A stretch of DNA of 41,704 bases from Rhizaria sp. SCN 62-66 (taxonomy: Eukaryota): contig MEDY01000444.1 in NCBI GenBank assembly GCA_001724265.1, positions 1-41,704 on the forward strand, written 5' to 3'. Shown here one piece after another: positions 1-11,900 of this stretch (position 1 is its first letter; every line of letters starts with the position of its first letter). The notes beneath the pieces are model-generated. The model was not told the origin of the DNA. It saw only the letters and a list, made by a program, of their open reading frames with translations, and made no database searches. A program made the position numbers and the translations under genes.

Positions 1-1633
1 GCTGGCGGCCGAGCTGGCCGCGGTCGCCGCGCGTGCCGGGGAGGCCGAGGCCGCACTGGCCGCCGCCCGGGCCGAGGCCGCGCGTGCGGGCCGCCGCGCT
101 GCCGCCGCCGAGGCCGCTGCGGCCGCCGCGGATACGCGCGCGGCGCAGGACGCCGAGGCGCGCGCGGGGGCCTGGGAGCGCGAGCGCGAAGCCCTGCTGG
201 TGCAGGTGCGCGCCGCCGCCAGGGATGCCGCGGCCGCCGAGGCTGAGGCCGCGCGCGCGCTGGCCACGGAGCGCGAGCGCGCGCGTGGCGCCGAGGAGCG
301 GGCGCGTGCGCAGGCCGAGGCCGCCGCGGCGGCCGCGGCGGCGCAGCAGGAGGAGCTGGCCTCGGTCGGGGAGCGCGTCCGCGCGCTCGTGGGCAAAAAG
401 GACGCAGTCATCGCGGCGCTTAAGGCAAAGGTGCGTTGTCAGGTTATAGGACAAGAGACAGCTGTGAGGGTATATGTATTTGAAAATAGGATATGCAAGT
501 AAAGTGGGATCAAGTGTTTATGAGATTTTGTTTAAATAACTTGGAGATGTGGGTTTTATGGTTTGATTTTATGAAGATATTTCATTTACTAATGAGTTTT
601 TGTTTGTTTTTGTTTTTTGTTTTTATGTCTCTCACATCACATCTCGCAGATATCCGAGTACGAGCTAGTCCTCGGCGACCTGTCCACGTCGATGGGCGGC
701 GCCACTGGACCAACTCCGGCTTCGACGTCGGCGGCGGCCGCCGCACTCGCAGCAAGCGCCCAGGTGGTTGGGAATAGTTCTTCCGGGAGTGCGCTTGGAG
801 GCGGCTTGGCTTCGCTGCAGGGCGGCTTAGCTTCTCCGCAGGGCGGTTTCACTTCCTTCAGTCCCCGCCGTGCCACGCCAATGCAGTCGCAGCACACGCA
901 ACTGTCAATCTCACAGCAAGCACAGACGCTGGCACATGCGCAGGCACAACCGAGCATCCAGAGCCAGAGCCAGAGCCAGAGCCAAAGGGGCAGAGTCGTT
1001 TTTGCGCCTGAGCCGGACTCGGACCCCGACACCGAGGCCGACAAAGCCGCGGTGACAGCATCGACATCGACAGTGACGAAGAACGCTCCAGAGTCTGCCA
1101 CTGAGGCTGAAGCCTAGTCTGCGCCGCTGCCGTCGCGTCTGGCCTTTAAGCCGCAGCCGCACCCGCACCCGCAGGCTCATCAGTCTGGCGGCAGTGGCAG
1201 TGGCAGTGGCAGTGGCAGTGGCAGTGGCATTGATGGCACCGACGGCAGTGACAGCAACGCTAGCCACGCTCACGGCAACGCCCAGGGCTTTGCGCGCGCC
1301 AGCGCCTGGGCCACGACGTTGCCCGCCGCCGCCCTCTCGCAGCCGCAGCCGCAGGCACCGGCCTCAAGCAGCAGTGGCGGCGGCCTCGGCGCCGGGGGCA
1401 TGAACCTGATGGGCTCGTTTGGGGCGCCCGACAGCGTCTACGGGCCCCCGGCCGCAGTGGACAGGAGCAGCGCGGCTGGCTCTGGTTCCTCTGGCGCTGC
1501 CACTGGCACTGGCGCCGCGGGTTCTGGTGCGGCTGCTGCCGAGACTGCGATTGAGGAGGAAGCTGGATACGACGACGCGTTCGACGCCGCTGGAGGCGAA
1601 GACGACGATTTTCAGGTCTATTCCGCGTTCTAA
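1..1633 (+). CDS. 3' part of a coiled-coil centrosomal protein, CEP131/AZI1-like. Exons <1-430 and 650-1633; in-frame TAG at 1115-1117; stop TAA at 1631-1633
   Basis: The frame reads ...QQEELASVGERVRALVGKKDAVIAALKAK|ISEYELVL across a phase-0 intron (aag|gtgcgt at 431; tcgcag|ata at 649/650), resembling the CEP131 C-terminal ELxxVxxRVKxxLxKKExxIxxL motif. After the TAG the same frame stays open for 171 sense codons, includes ORF 1319..1633, and ends at TAA where GC content drops. Confidence 0.6.
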
Positions 1634-2525
1634 GCACGATATGCGCGCTATTGTGTCATAAGGAGTCGCAATCGAGCGGCGGCACGTGGAACCGAGGTCC
1701 GTTACAATAACGGCGCGGAACAAACTAAGTCATTTTGAGCTAGATTTTCACGAGTTATCGGGAAATATAGACGTTTTTTACAAAGTTATACTTATCATAT
1801 TTCAGATTTATACATATGTTTGAAATTCAGATATTAGCCGATCGATAAAACTGAGTGAGCGTGATTTTGGCCGTGTGGCGACGTGCCCGCCCAAAAGCGG
1901 CTCCTTGTCAGCCGTCCACCGCAGTCACGAAATTAGACTTTCTGGCTTGAAGACGCACTTCCGAGGAGTATAATTCACAAATATTGTCAATATTTGGAGC
2001 GTAAATACTATGTATTTTCAATTTGGTCATTTGACGATTAACTAAAGCTACAGCGGTTGGACCGAAAGTCAACCACAAAGCACATGCTTTAACGAAGTCG
2101 TTCAAACTCTTTTTCGGGGAACTATATTCGATCTCGCGAAGCTTTCGTTGACATAAAAGTATGCCTATCCGGAGACTTGACACTGTTTGTCACTTATATT
2201 TAAGTGCTTGCAACTAGAAACCGTTTTTGGTGCCCTTGCCGAGCTCATTTTCATCTCCCCTCAAGTGGCCTTGGAGTCGGCGAATAAGCCCGTGCATTCG
2301 CCTTTCCCGTGGCGTGACCACGCAATAATGTTGGTTAAAATCACGACAATTTGCCTCAAAACATTCCTTTAATTTTTATTCTCGCAATAATTTCCCAAGT
2401 TTCTTTTCACAAGCGTCTCTACGGCGGCTCTCCCCCCAGCGCCCTACCCTCTCAGCCCTCTTCTGCCAGAGTCGCGCCTCCCGACAGCTCCCGCGCACCT
2501 CGCTGCGCCCGCCCGCGCACCCCGC

Positions 2526-5045
2526 ATGTTTTCGCGCTTTTTCAACCCCGGCTACGACGGCGGCGCCGGGCCACCGCGACCGCCGCGCTCCCCCCACCCC
2601 CCGCGCTCGCCGCGCGCCTTCTTCGACCCCTACTGCCCTGACTCGGCGATGCTCTTCTCGTCGTCGAGCGCCGCCGCAAGCCCCACGGTAAACTCAGCAA
2701 ACATAGCAAACACAACAAGCGCTCCTAAAACGGCGACGGCGATGAAGTTAGCGTCGGCGACGGAGCTGGCCGTCTCGGCCCACACGGCGACCCCTGTCGC
2801 GTCCACCATCGCGCCCGCAGCGCCCCTGCCTATGCCCCTGCCCCCGACAGCGCCTGCGACCGTGCCTGTGACTCTGCCAATGACCGCGACGGCGCCCGTC
2901 AAGCTCCCGGCGCTGCCCACGATCTCTGCGCTCTCTCTCAATACAAGCGCCCCCACCACCAGCAGCCCCACTACCAGCAGCACCGGCGTCAGCACCAGCG
3001 GCGGCGGCCAGGGAGGGTCCGTCGAGACGCGCACCGAGACGCGCGCGGAGGCCGAGGCGCTGGTCTCGGCCGCCGCAGCCGCCGCGCGCGCCCCTCGCCA
3101 GTTCGTGGACCCGGCCCTCATCGCGTCGATGTTGGCACAGCAGAAGGAGCTGCTGGCGCGCCTGGCGCAGCTCGAGGCGCTGCAGCAGCAGGCGCAGGCC
3201 CCGCCGCCGCCGCGAAACAAGAAGGCCGCGGCGGCTGCCGCGGCGGCGGCGGCGGGTCAGGCTCAGACACAGCGATCGCAGGCGCAGGCGCTGCAGTCGC
3301 AGGCAAAGCTGTCTCTGCCGTCTCTGGCGTCGCTGCCGTCGCTCTCGGACCCGTCGCCCGAGCCCCTGCAGTCGCCGACGGCCGCGGCGGCCGCCGCGTC
3401 GCTGTCGGACGCGGCCGCGGGCGGCGGGCTGCTGGGCGCGGCGCTGATGACGACGAAGCTGTCGACGGACCGGCAGGCGGCCGAGTTCGCCCGCTCGCTC
3501 CGGTCCGCAGCCGCGCGCGTCGCCGGCAGCCTCGCCCGCCCCGCGAAAGCGCCGTCGCTGCCACCGCAGGACCGCAACGCCGCGGCAGTGACGGGCACTG
3601 ACACGGGGGCCGCCCTCTCCGGGGCCGCCTTCTCCGGGGTCACCTTTTCCGGGGACGCGTCGCCCGGGGCTCCCTCACCCGGGGCCGGGGCCATCTCGCC
3701 GCTGGCCGGGACGGCGCGCGCACTGCGGCTGCGGCTGCTGACGAAGCGCGAGCGGGCGCTGGCCGCGCTGGGCCGCGGCGGCAACAGCAGCAGCGGCAAT
3801 GCGAGCGCAGTGACCGTTGGCAGCGACGGCGAGACTGCCGCTTCACAGTTGCAAGCACAACCACAGGCCCAGCCACAGGAGCCGCAGGCGCAGCCACTGC
3901 GCCGGCCCGAGCGGCTTATGCTGCGGCTGATGCCCTGGTTTGCCCCCAGCACGCACACTGGCACCAGCGGCGACGCTGCCAGCGGCGACGCCACCGCTGC
4001 TGCTAGTAGCAACAGCAACAGTAACAGCAACAGCAGCAGTGATGTGGGCGGCGCCAGCAGCGCAGCGACAGCGGCTGCGGTGGCCTCAGTGCCGGTAGCC
4101 TCAGTGCCGGTGGCCTCCGCGTTGAGCCTGACTTTGGACGGCAGCAGCAACGACAATGATGACGACGACGACGAAGACAACAACAAGAGCTTGGCGCTGG
4201 CCACCCTGGTCCAGGAGACCCGCCCGCATCGCTTCAACCGCAACAGCAACGGCGACGGCGCTGCGAGTGGGCTGGCCGCGACCGCTGCAGTTGCTGTGAG
4301 CGCTGCTATGGCCGGCGTGCCGGTGCCCGTGTCCGTCCTCCCTGCTGCCGCGACCACTCCAGCGACTGCGTCTGCAATTGCGTCTGCCACAGACTCGAAT
4401 ACTACCCCGCTGCTGCTGCTGCCGCAACCTCTGTCCCGGGCTACGAGCCACAGCAACAGCAACAGCAGCAACAACAGCAACAGCAACGGCAGCACGAGCG
4501 GCGGCGGCGACTCTGGGAGTTACTTGGGCCGCTTCCTGCGCCGTCACCGCCAGTGGGCCGCTCGCACGAGCATCAGCAGCAACAGCAGCATGAGTAGTGT
4601 CGGCGGCGTCGCACTGCCTGCAGACGCGGTCATGCGGGAGATTCAGCTTGCGCCCGCGCCCGTCGCCGCGGCCGCGGTCGTGGTCACCGTTTCTGCCGCC
4701 ACCGCTGCGCCCGAGGGCGGCGGTGCGAGGGCCGTGAGCCCGAGTATCGCCCACAGCAACAGCGGCGCTGGCAACGGCGATAGTGCGCTGTCTCGTGAGG
4801 CGATGCGGTCGCTGGTCTGGGGCGCTCTCGCCGCAAGGGCTCCTCCGCCCCTGCCCCCGCCCCCGCCGTCGCAGTTGCTGTCGCTGCCGCTGCCGCCGCC
4901 GCCAAAGGCCGCGTCCCAGCCGCTGCCGCGGTCGCAGGCCGCGGCCGCAGCGGCAGCGGCTGGTAGAAACTACGGCAGCGGCGGCGGTGGCGGCGGATGC
5001 GCGGCCGCGGGTGGGGCCGAGACAGGAGCTGGCCCGCGTTTGTAA
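2526..5045 (+). CDS. Hypothetical 839-aa Ala/Ser/Pro-rich protein with a short coiled coil (LAQQKELLARLAQLEALQQQ)
   Basis: Long ATG-TAA ORF that coincides with a GC-rich block and has the same low-complexity style as neighbouring genes. No domain recognised. Confidence 0.7.
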   Translation: MFSRFFNPGYDGGAGPPRPPRSPHPPRSPRAFFDPYCPDSAMLFSSSSAAASPTVNSANIANTTSAPKTATAMKLASATELAVSAHTATPVASTIAPAAPLPMPLPPTAPATVPVTLPMTATAPVKLPALPTISALSLNTSAPTTSSPTTSSTGVSTSGGGQGGSVETRTETRAEAEALVSAAAAAARAPRQFVDPALIASMLAQQKELLARLAQLEALQQQAQAPPPPRNKKAAAAAAAAAAGQAQTQRSQAQALQSQAKLSLPSLASLPSLSDPSPEPLQSPTAAAAAASLSDAAAGGGLLGAALMTTKLSTDRQAAEFARSLRSAAARVAGSLARPAKAPSLPPQDRNAAAVTGTDTGAALSGAAFSGVTFSGDASPGAPSPGAGAISPLAGTARALRLRLLTKRERALAALGRGGNSSSGNASAVTVGSDGETAASQLQAQPQAQPQEPQAQPLRRPERLMLRLMPWFAPSTHTGTSGDAASGDATAAASSNSNSNSNSSSDVGGASSAATAAAVASVPVASVPVASALSLTLDGSSNDNDDDDDEDNNKSLALATLVQETRPHRFNRNSNGDGAASGLAATAAVAVSAAMAGVPVPVSVLPAAATTPATASAIASATDSNTTPLLLLPQPLSRATSHSNSNSSNNSNSNGSTSGGGDSGSYLGRFLRRHRQWAARTSISSNSSMSSVGGVALPADAVMREIQLAPAPVAAAAVVVTVSAATAAPEGGGARAVSPSIAHSNSGAGNGDSALSREAMRSLVWGALAARAPPPLPPPPPSQLLSLPLPPPPKAASQPLPRSQAAAAAAAAGRNYGSGGGGGGCAAAGGAETGAGPRL

Positions 5046-5825
5046 GAGCGTTTGTCAGAGCACTGCATCACGCACACACGCACAAACACAGCACGAGCAA
5101 TACATGTGCTGTCTGGCATAAACGTCTCTATAGACGTGTATTTATAATGTAACACGCGAGTGTTGTTAGATTTCTATAAGATGCACAGCTGCAGCTAATG
5201 TAGATGCAGAGGTCGCGCGGTTATCGGTTATGGGGGAAAATACTGCTTATTTAGTTCAATAAATGATAAACCAAAACACCACATTACACACGCTTGTTTA
5301 AGAGCGCGACACAAGCATTCGTATTTTGTTTCGATTTCTGTCAGTTATTCGTTATTCCCACGGCATTTCTATTGCTGTGCAAATTCCACGGATTTATCTA
5401 AATTAAGATGTGCCCAAGCACGCACATGGGCATACACACCTATAATAATGATTACCACCACAATTATCACCAATCAGTGTTGATTTACAATGTTAGCAAC
5501 ACAAAGACTATCTTGAGTCGAGCTTTGGCTGTTGCACATGTTATCGACTCCATATCTATTACAATTTTATTTTGTTGTCTGAGTACTGTTACTTTTAGCG
5601 TTAACGCAGCTTTTAATCTAGTACAAGCCTTCGTAAAAGTGTCACATCTGTATGCGTCAATGAATAAATCATGATTATTGGAAAACGACTCAGCTCGTAG
5701 TCGTTATGGCCGTCAAATTAATACCTGGAGATAAAGCAGTCCAAAGAAGCTTTTGTCTGAGCCGACCTGATACCAGGCTAGCATTCAACACTCAAGAGAC
5801 ATGTCTCCAAGAGATTCAACATTGC

Positions 5826-8158
5826 TTAATCAAAGAGCTTAGGTTTGCTGCCACTCGACGTTTCCTTAGCGCCAACAGGCACGGCGCCGCGCAACAGGCT
5901 TACCGAGCACGTGCTCGTTAAAGACGATAAACCATGGTGTGTCGAGCGGACCCTAGTTAGTGTTATCAAAGGAGACGCAGCTGTTCCCATGTCATACGTT
6001 GCGGACTTGGCTTTCTTTAGGCGCGCAACACTAGGCGCTGTATATTCGCCGTAAACGATATCACTCTCGGGAAGCTGTAAAGATTTTTGGCACACAAGTA
6101 ATTATTTTCATAACTTTCGCGATAGTGATGCATATAAAACGTGACAAGTGGCGGTGTACCTGTTTTTGATTGACCCCTTGGCACAAAACACGTGTGCACC
6201 TCAACTCAAAACATCCTACGACGCACCTCCTTGCGAAAGTGTGCAGTGTTGCAAGGAAACTTTTCGTTATCAAGTCGAATTATGCCGAAACGGGTCGACA
6301 AGTCCTGCTCAGAATCTGAAAAGTGCAGCGATATTGCCACATCTTTGTTTTTGACACTGCTGCGGAGACTGAGTTGCATGAAAAGGCGCGCTTTGGCCTG
6401 CAATATAGCTAAGACAGCTGGAGATAGCGGACCCTCAGTACGACTGGAGATGAGTTCAACGAAATAGGGATACTGACGTACTGAGACCCGCTTAGGGTGT
6501 CCGCTCTTCTCTAAAATGCAGGCGATGTGCCCGTCAAGCTCACTTCTCCAGTGCCAGCGCACTTTTGGCTGCACAAAGCCATGAAGCTCTGCAATAGTTT
6601 GCAGGCGCAGCTGCTATGTTTTGGCTGTGTCAGGTGCAATCACATCCATGCCTGCAAGCAGTGCGCGGAGCTGCGTGAGTTCACGCAGTGCGTCGCCCTC
6701 TTGCGCGCAGTCCTCGTAGCGCAGCAGGTCCAGCACCTGCAGCCCGTGGCAGTCGATGAACTCGGCTACAAACGAGTTCCGTGGCTCAACACCGCGTTCG
6801 CGCAATGAGCAGGCGGGTGAGGTGCTATCAGCACTAATCATGACTCGCAAGACGCGTAGAATACGTGTAATGCCAGCCTGTGCCAAGCCAGCATCTTCTG
6901 CTTCCTGATTGCATGCGTACAACACAACCAGCTTCAGAAATAAGCAACAAAGTCTCACAACACCGCTCACCCGAAGCTTGTGCGCTGCAGAAATAATGTT
7001 AAAAGCTGTGCTCAAAATGTTGTCGCAAAGCGTCATAAAGCTGCTAAGCAACAGCATATACTCCGTGTCATGATCATGATGAGGAGTCATCGCGCAGTAA
7101 ATGGTGTCGACAGTATACTTGAAAAACCGTGAATTCAAGATACGCTGGGCGAATTTGGGAAATTGGACTGCTAAGCGCGCAAGAATACGAAGGAGTGACG
7201 CCGAATCCTAAGATCTAATCTATTCCCATTGACAAGGAGCAATTTGTGTGTGCATTTGGGCAAGCCGATGATCAGTAAAGCCCAGCGCCAGCGCGGTGTC
7301 GTCGAATAAGTCAAGAGCGCGAACAAGCAAGCGCACTATGTCTGCGTAGGTAATCTCTGTCAAAGGCTCGAACTCATCACTGGCAGCAAAATCTGCTATG
7401 TCACCGCGGCGCCGCGCGTTATCTGCGCTGTCGTCTCCGGGGCACGAGAATATAAAGAAAAGAGCATCGTAAGCGATCATTTTGATATCGCGACTGTACG
7501 TGTCAAACGTTTCGTAAGACCTAACGACGTTCCGCAGGAGAGGAGCAAAGGTAAGCACGTCTGAATACGGAAGGCACGATGTTTCAGTAGTCTTGTTACT
7601 AGAGACAAGCGCACGGAGAGTTTTGGTGAGAGCTTTGTGGTAAATAACGCCCTGGTAGGTCGCAAAATGCGTGGGAGCACAAGTTCGTAGCTCCATATCA
7701 CGCATGTGCGCCAGCAAGTGCGTCACAGCATTAAGACGGGCGCGCATGCCAAGGGGAGACTCAATGACAATGTAGTGTACAACCTTGAGAATCTTAGAGG
7801 CGATGCAATAATGGTAGTTCTGGGGAAGATGAAGAAGAGCTTTCATCAGCATCTCGACAACATTGTTTTCAGCGAGGAGATCACTGCCTTTTGCGCAGTC
7901 AGTCACAGCTAGAAAAAAATGAAGCATGTTCTCAAAGTGTGTTGTTGCAGCGCCTGTTCTGTACGCGTCGCTGGCTTGCTCGAGCGACTGCAGAAGAAGC
8001 ATGACAACGCCGCTCTCAACGATGACTTCGATATCACCACCCTCAAACAGCTCGTCTACCGTATCATTAAGCTCCGTCAATGCAGTTTCATCTGTTACTA
8101 AAGCTGTAATCCGGCTCACAGCAACATGGAAACGATACACAGCTTTGTTGTCCTTCAT
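5826..8158 (-). CDS. Divergent armadillo-repeat (importin-alpha-like) protein with in-frame TAGs at 7220-7222, 7208-7210 and 6614-6616. Probable intron 6075-6226; 5' end uncertain
   Basis: ORFs 7220..8209, 6614..7138 and 6206..6574 share one frame and are separated only by TAG. A donor gag|gtgcgt (6226) and acceptor ttacag|ctt (6075) join ORF 5826..6095 in phase 0, ending in TAA. The protein is colinear with the 35047..36480 protein (ERGVEPRNSFVAEFIDCHG vs AEGAQPRNVFLAAFFAAGG). Confidence 0.65.
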
Positions 8159-8915
8159 TAGACAGCGTTTTTCTGAGTCCAGATGCGTAAACAAGGCGCT
8201 GTTACACAAGCTTGAAGTATAAATCTGAGTTTTCTCTTGAATAAGTGATGTGCAACCAAAATAGGCTAGTAAAATACGGAGGTGCCGCTAGTATCAATTT
8301 GCATATGGTTGAATAAGTACCAGCCAGAAAATGAGATGGTGAGAGTGGACGGACTTCAAGTTGCGAAGGCTGCTCAATTGTTGTAGATGTAGCAAGGAAA
8401 TGTCGAGCAGAATAGGCGAAATCGCAAGAGCTTATTGGGACGCGTGCAGCTAAAAGAACGTTCTGTCGCGTCTCTTCATACACATTTGTAAGCGTGGTCA
8501 AGCTGAGTCGCGTACGCCCACAGCGCTCTCTTGCCAACAGAGGAGTCTTGAGACCAGGATCACAAGGTCTCAAATAGAAGTGTAAAAGCGTTTGCAGCGC
8601 TGCAGAAAAAAGGCGGTAAGGTTGACGTTACAATGCAAGTGGCAAGTGTTGATTTTAGACTCGCTTTGACTCCCATCACTGATCGAAGTTAAGCCGCACG
8701 AGAGAGGCCGGTTGAACTTGAACTGAAATGCTGCGAGCGCTATAAAAACACGGATTAATGAAAGCCAATCTATTGCTTCAACTGAGTTTAGTCATAAATA
8801 ACAAAGGCACTTTGTTGATTTTTTGTATCGCTTTTGTGTATTTCTTGAAGTCAATGTTCTCATGTTTATATCCTCGCTTTTGACGACTCCTTCCTCCAGA
8901 TCCTTCCCCCTCTAG

Positions 8916-11900
8916 ATGAGCACTGTCCCCCCATCCTCTGGACCGAGGGTATGTATGAAACAAAAATAATGTTCTGAAATAAGAAATTTAGTATATTTTT
9001 GTACTTGAAATTCAGTATTAATGTTCTTATGCGTCTTTTATTTCTCCTTGCTTTGTCGTTCTCAGATCCGGGACAGCACCCGCACCGACAACGGCACTGC
9101 GGTGCTGCTGTCGCGTACCGGGCTGGGCGGGACTGCCAATGAGCCCGCGCTAGTCTCCACTACAACCAAAATCACTGGATCGCACCCGCTGCCGCCCACG
9201 TCGGGGCTGGGCCGCGGCGGCGACGACCTCAAGTTCGATGACGCAGACGGCGACTACAGCGCCGCCCTGGCCCCTGTGCGTCTGCCGGCCGTGCCCAAGA
9301 CGCTCCCCGCGGTCCGCACCGCGCCGGTGCCTTCGGCGGCGGCTGTGCTGGAACACGCAGAGCGCCCCACAGCGCGCGACCGCTCGCACTCGCCCGCGCC
9401 GCTGAGCGTCACGGCCCCGGGCTCGCTAGACCGCGCGCCGGACCGCGGGACCTTCACGGCCACGATGCCGCGCGGCGTGTTCTCGCCCGCGCCCGTGGCA
9501 ATGCAGCCCTCGGCGGCGCCCGGCGCGCTGCAGCCGCCGTCGCTGGAGCGCGCGGCGGCCCGCGCGACGGAGCTGCTGTCGCCGCAGGAGCTGGAGCAGC
9601 GCGCGCAGCTGCGTTTCCAGCGCGACGTAGCGGAGCGCGCGCGCGAGGCCGCTGCCGAGGGCCGCCGCAGCGCCGTGCTGCCCGTGGGCGCCTCTTCGCG
9701 CGGCGTCTCGGACCCCTTCGCGGCGGCAGGCGGCGGCGCCGTCACGCGATCTTGGGGTGGCGACCGCGCGATGGTGCCGGCAGACTCGGCCTACTCTGGC
9801 GGACCAAAGGAGAGCGTTGCGCGCTCCTGGGCGCACCATAGTGAGGACGCGGGGGCTGCGGCGCCGAGCGGACGGCCCGGCACAATCGTAAGCACGAGCA
9901 CTGCAACTGTGATGACCAAGGGCGCCAAGCCAGTGCCGGTTTCGGCGACGGTGTCCACGGTCACCGAGCCCTTCCGGCCCCAGAGCGAGGACGCGTACAT
10001 CTCGAAGAACGCGCCGTCGCTCGGCGGCACTGCCGCGCTCGACGGCGGCTTCCAGCGCCTCAGCCAGCAGCATGACAAGCACGACAAGTACGACGCCGAC
10101 AGGAGCAAGAGCTCTGGCGGACTGATGAGCTGGTTGTGGGGCGGAGGCGGCGGCGGCGGCGCGCGCGCGGGCCGCGAGAAGAGCGACGCCGACTACAGCG
10201 CCGACGGCATCGGCACTAGCACGCGGCTGGCTGTCGCGCCCGCCAGCGCGCGCGCCACGTCCTCCGCCGCCGCCGCAGCGGCCGCGGCTGCGGCGGCCGA
10301 GGCCAGTCTGGCTGAGCACGAGCGTTGGCGTCAGCAGCAGGAGCTCGGCCGGCTTGAGCAGCACCAGTACTATCAGCAGCAGCAACAGCTCCAGCACCAG
10401 CAGCAACAGCAACATCAACAGCAACAGATGCAGCAGCAGCAACAGTGGCAGCAGGAGCAGCACAAACAGTTGCGGCGCGAACTGCAGCAGCGCCAGAGCC
10501 ACCGCGCCGAGCAAGAGCAACGCGCGCGCACCGCGAGCCTCCCTGTGCCACCGGGCAGCTCCGAGGCTGAGATTGCGAGCGACCAGCGAGAGAACTCGTG
10601 GATCTGGCAGTATCGCGAGCAGGCGGGCTACGGCCACCACTCCGGCGACGCTGTCGCTGACGGCGACCGCGAGCGTGAGCGCGAGCGTGAGAGCGAGCGC
10701 GAGCGCGAGCCGAGCGCGCTGCAGCGGGCGGTGCAGACGCTGAGCGGCAAGCACCGCGAGCAGAAGCGCGAGCGCGCCGGCTGGATGGGCTACTTAAACA
10801 CGCAGGCGGACTACGAAGACAGCGACACACTGCAGCGGCGCACGCACACTGAACAGCAGCAGCAACAAGAGCAACCGCGTCAGCAGCAACAGGAGCAGCA
10901 GTACCGTGACAACAAGGCTGCCGCCGAGGCCGGCGCGCGTTACGAGCAGGGGACGCAGCCGTTTTACTTCAAACAGCAAGAACGCGAGCTGCTGCGCCAA
11001 GAGCAAATGCAGCAGCAGCAACAGCAGCAGCAGCAGCAGCAGTCGTCGTTGCAGCGGACGCGGCAACAGCAGCACGGCTCGAGTTTCGACGGCTACGGGA
11101 GCTACTTTGGCTGGCGCGGCCCGGGCCCCGCAAACGAGGGCGCGGATCCACCGTACGGCCTCTCCGAGTCGCAGCTGGGCACGCTGACGCCGGAGCAGCT
11201 GCATGACATGGCGCATGGCAGCCACGAGGCGCGCCCGCGCTGGGTGAAGCTGGCGACCGGACACGGGCACGCAGACGGGCATGTCGGCGAGGTCCACGTC
11301 GATGTGCAGAACCTCTTTCCGCCCGGCTCGACGCGCGGACGCGCGCTGCCGCTGACGCTGCTGGACCGGCTGGCTGAGGCGTCGCCCGCGGAGCCCTGGT
11401 TTGACGACGGCACGGGGCTCTTCGCGGACACCACGTCAGTGTTGGAGCGGCTGACGGCGGCCCGCACGCGCGCGGCCGAGGTGTCCGCCGAGGGTGAGGT
11501 GCAACTCGAGCAGAGCCAGAACCGCGGGCTCGCGCCCAATGAGGTCGGGCCTGCCCGCATGCGCCGCTCGGAGCCCGCGGCCGCGCGGCAGATGGCGCTG
11601 GCGCAGTCGCAGGAAGACCTGGACCAGGCCGTGCGCGCGGTGCGGCGGGCGGCGCTGGCGACTTACGCGGGCGGCGCCCCGGGGCTCGAGACGCTGGGGC
11701 TGCTGGAGAAGCCCGTGCGCTCGATCAAGGTGCGCGACGTGGCGGCCGTGCTCGCGGAGCTGCCGCAGGGCGCGGTGCCCGAGCTGGCCGCGCTGGCCGC
11801 GATGCTGAGGGAGGACGAGCTGCCCGCGCCCGACGTCGCCGTCCGCGCGGCGGCCGCGGCGGGGCGCGCGTTCGGCACCCGGCACGCGGGCGCGCAGGGC

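Noticed and set aside
8202-8573. ORF 8202..8573 (-) as an upstream exon of the ARM gene
   Set aside because: It is in a different frame with no convincing in-phase splice pair, and paralogue similarity begins near the ATG at 8158.
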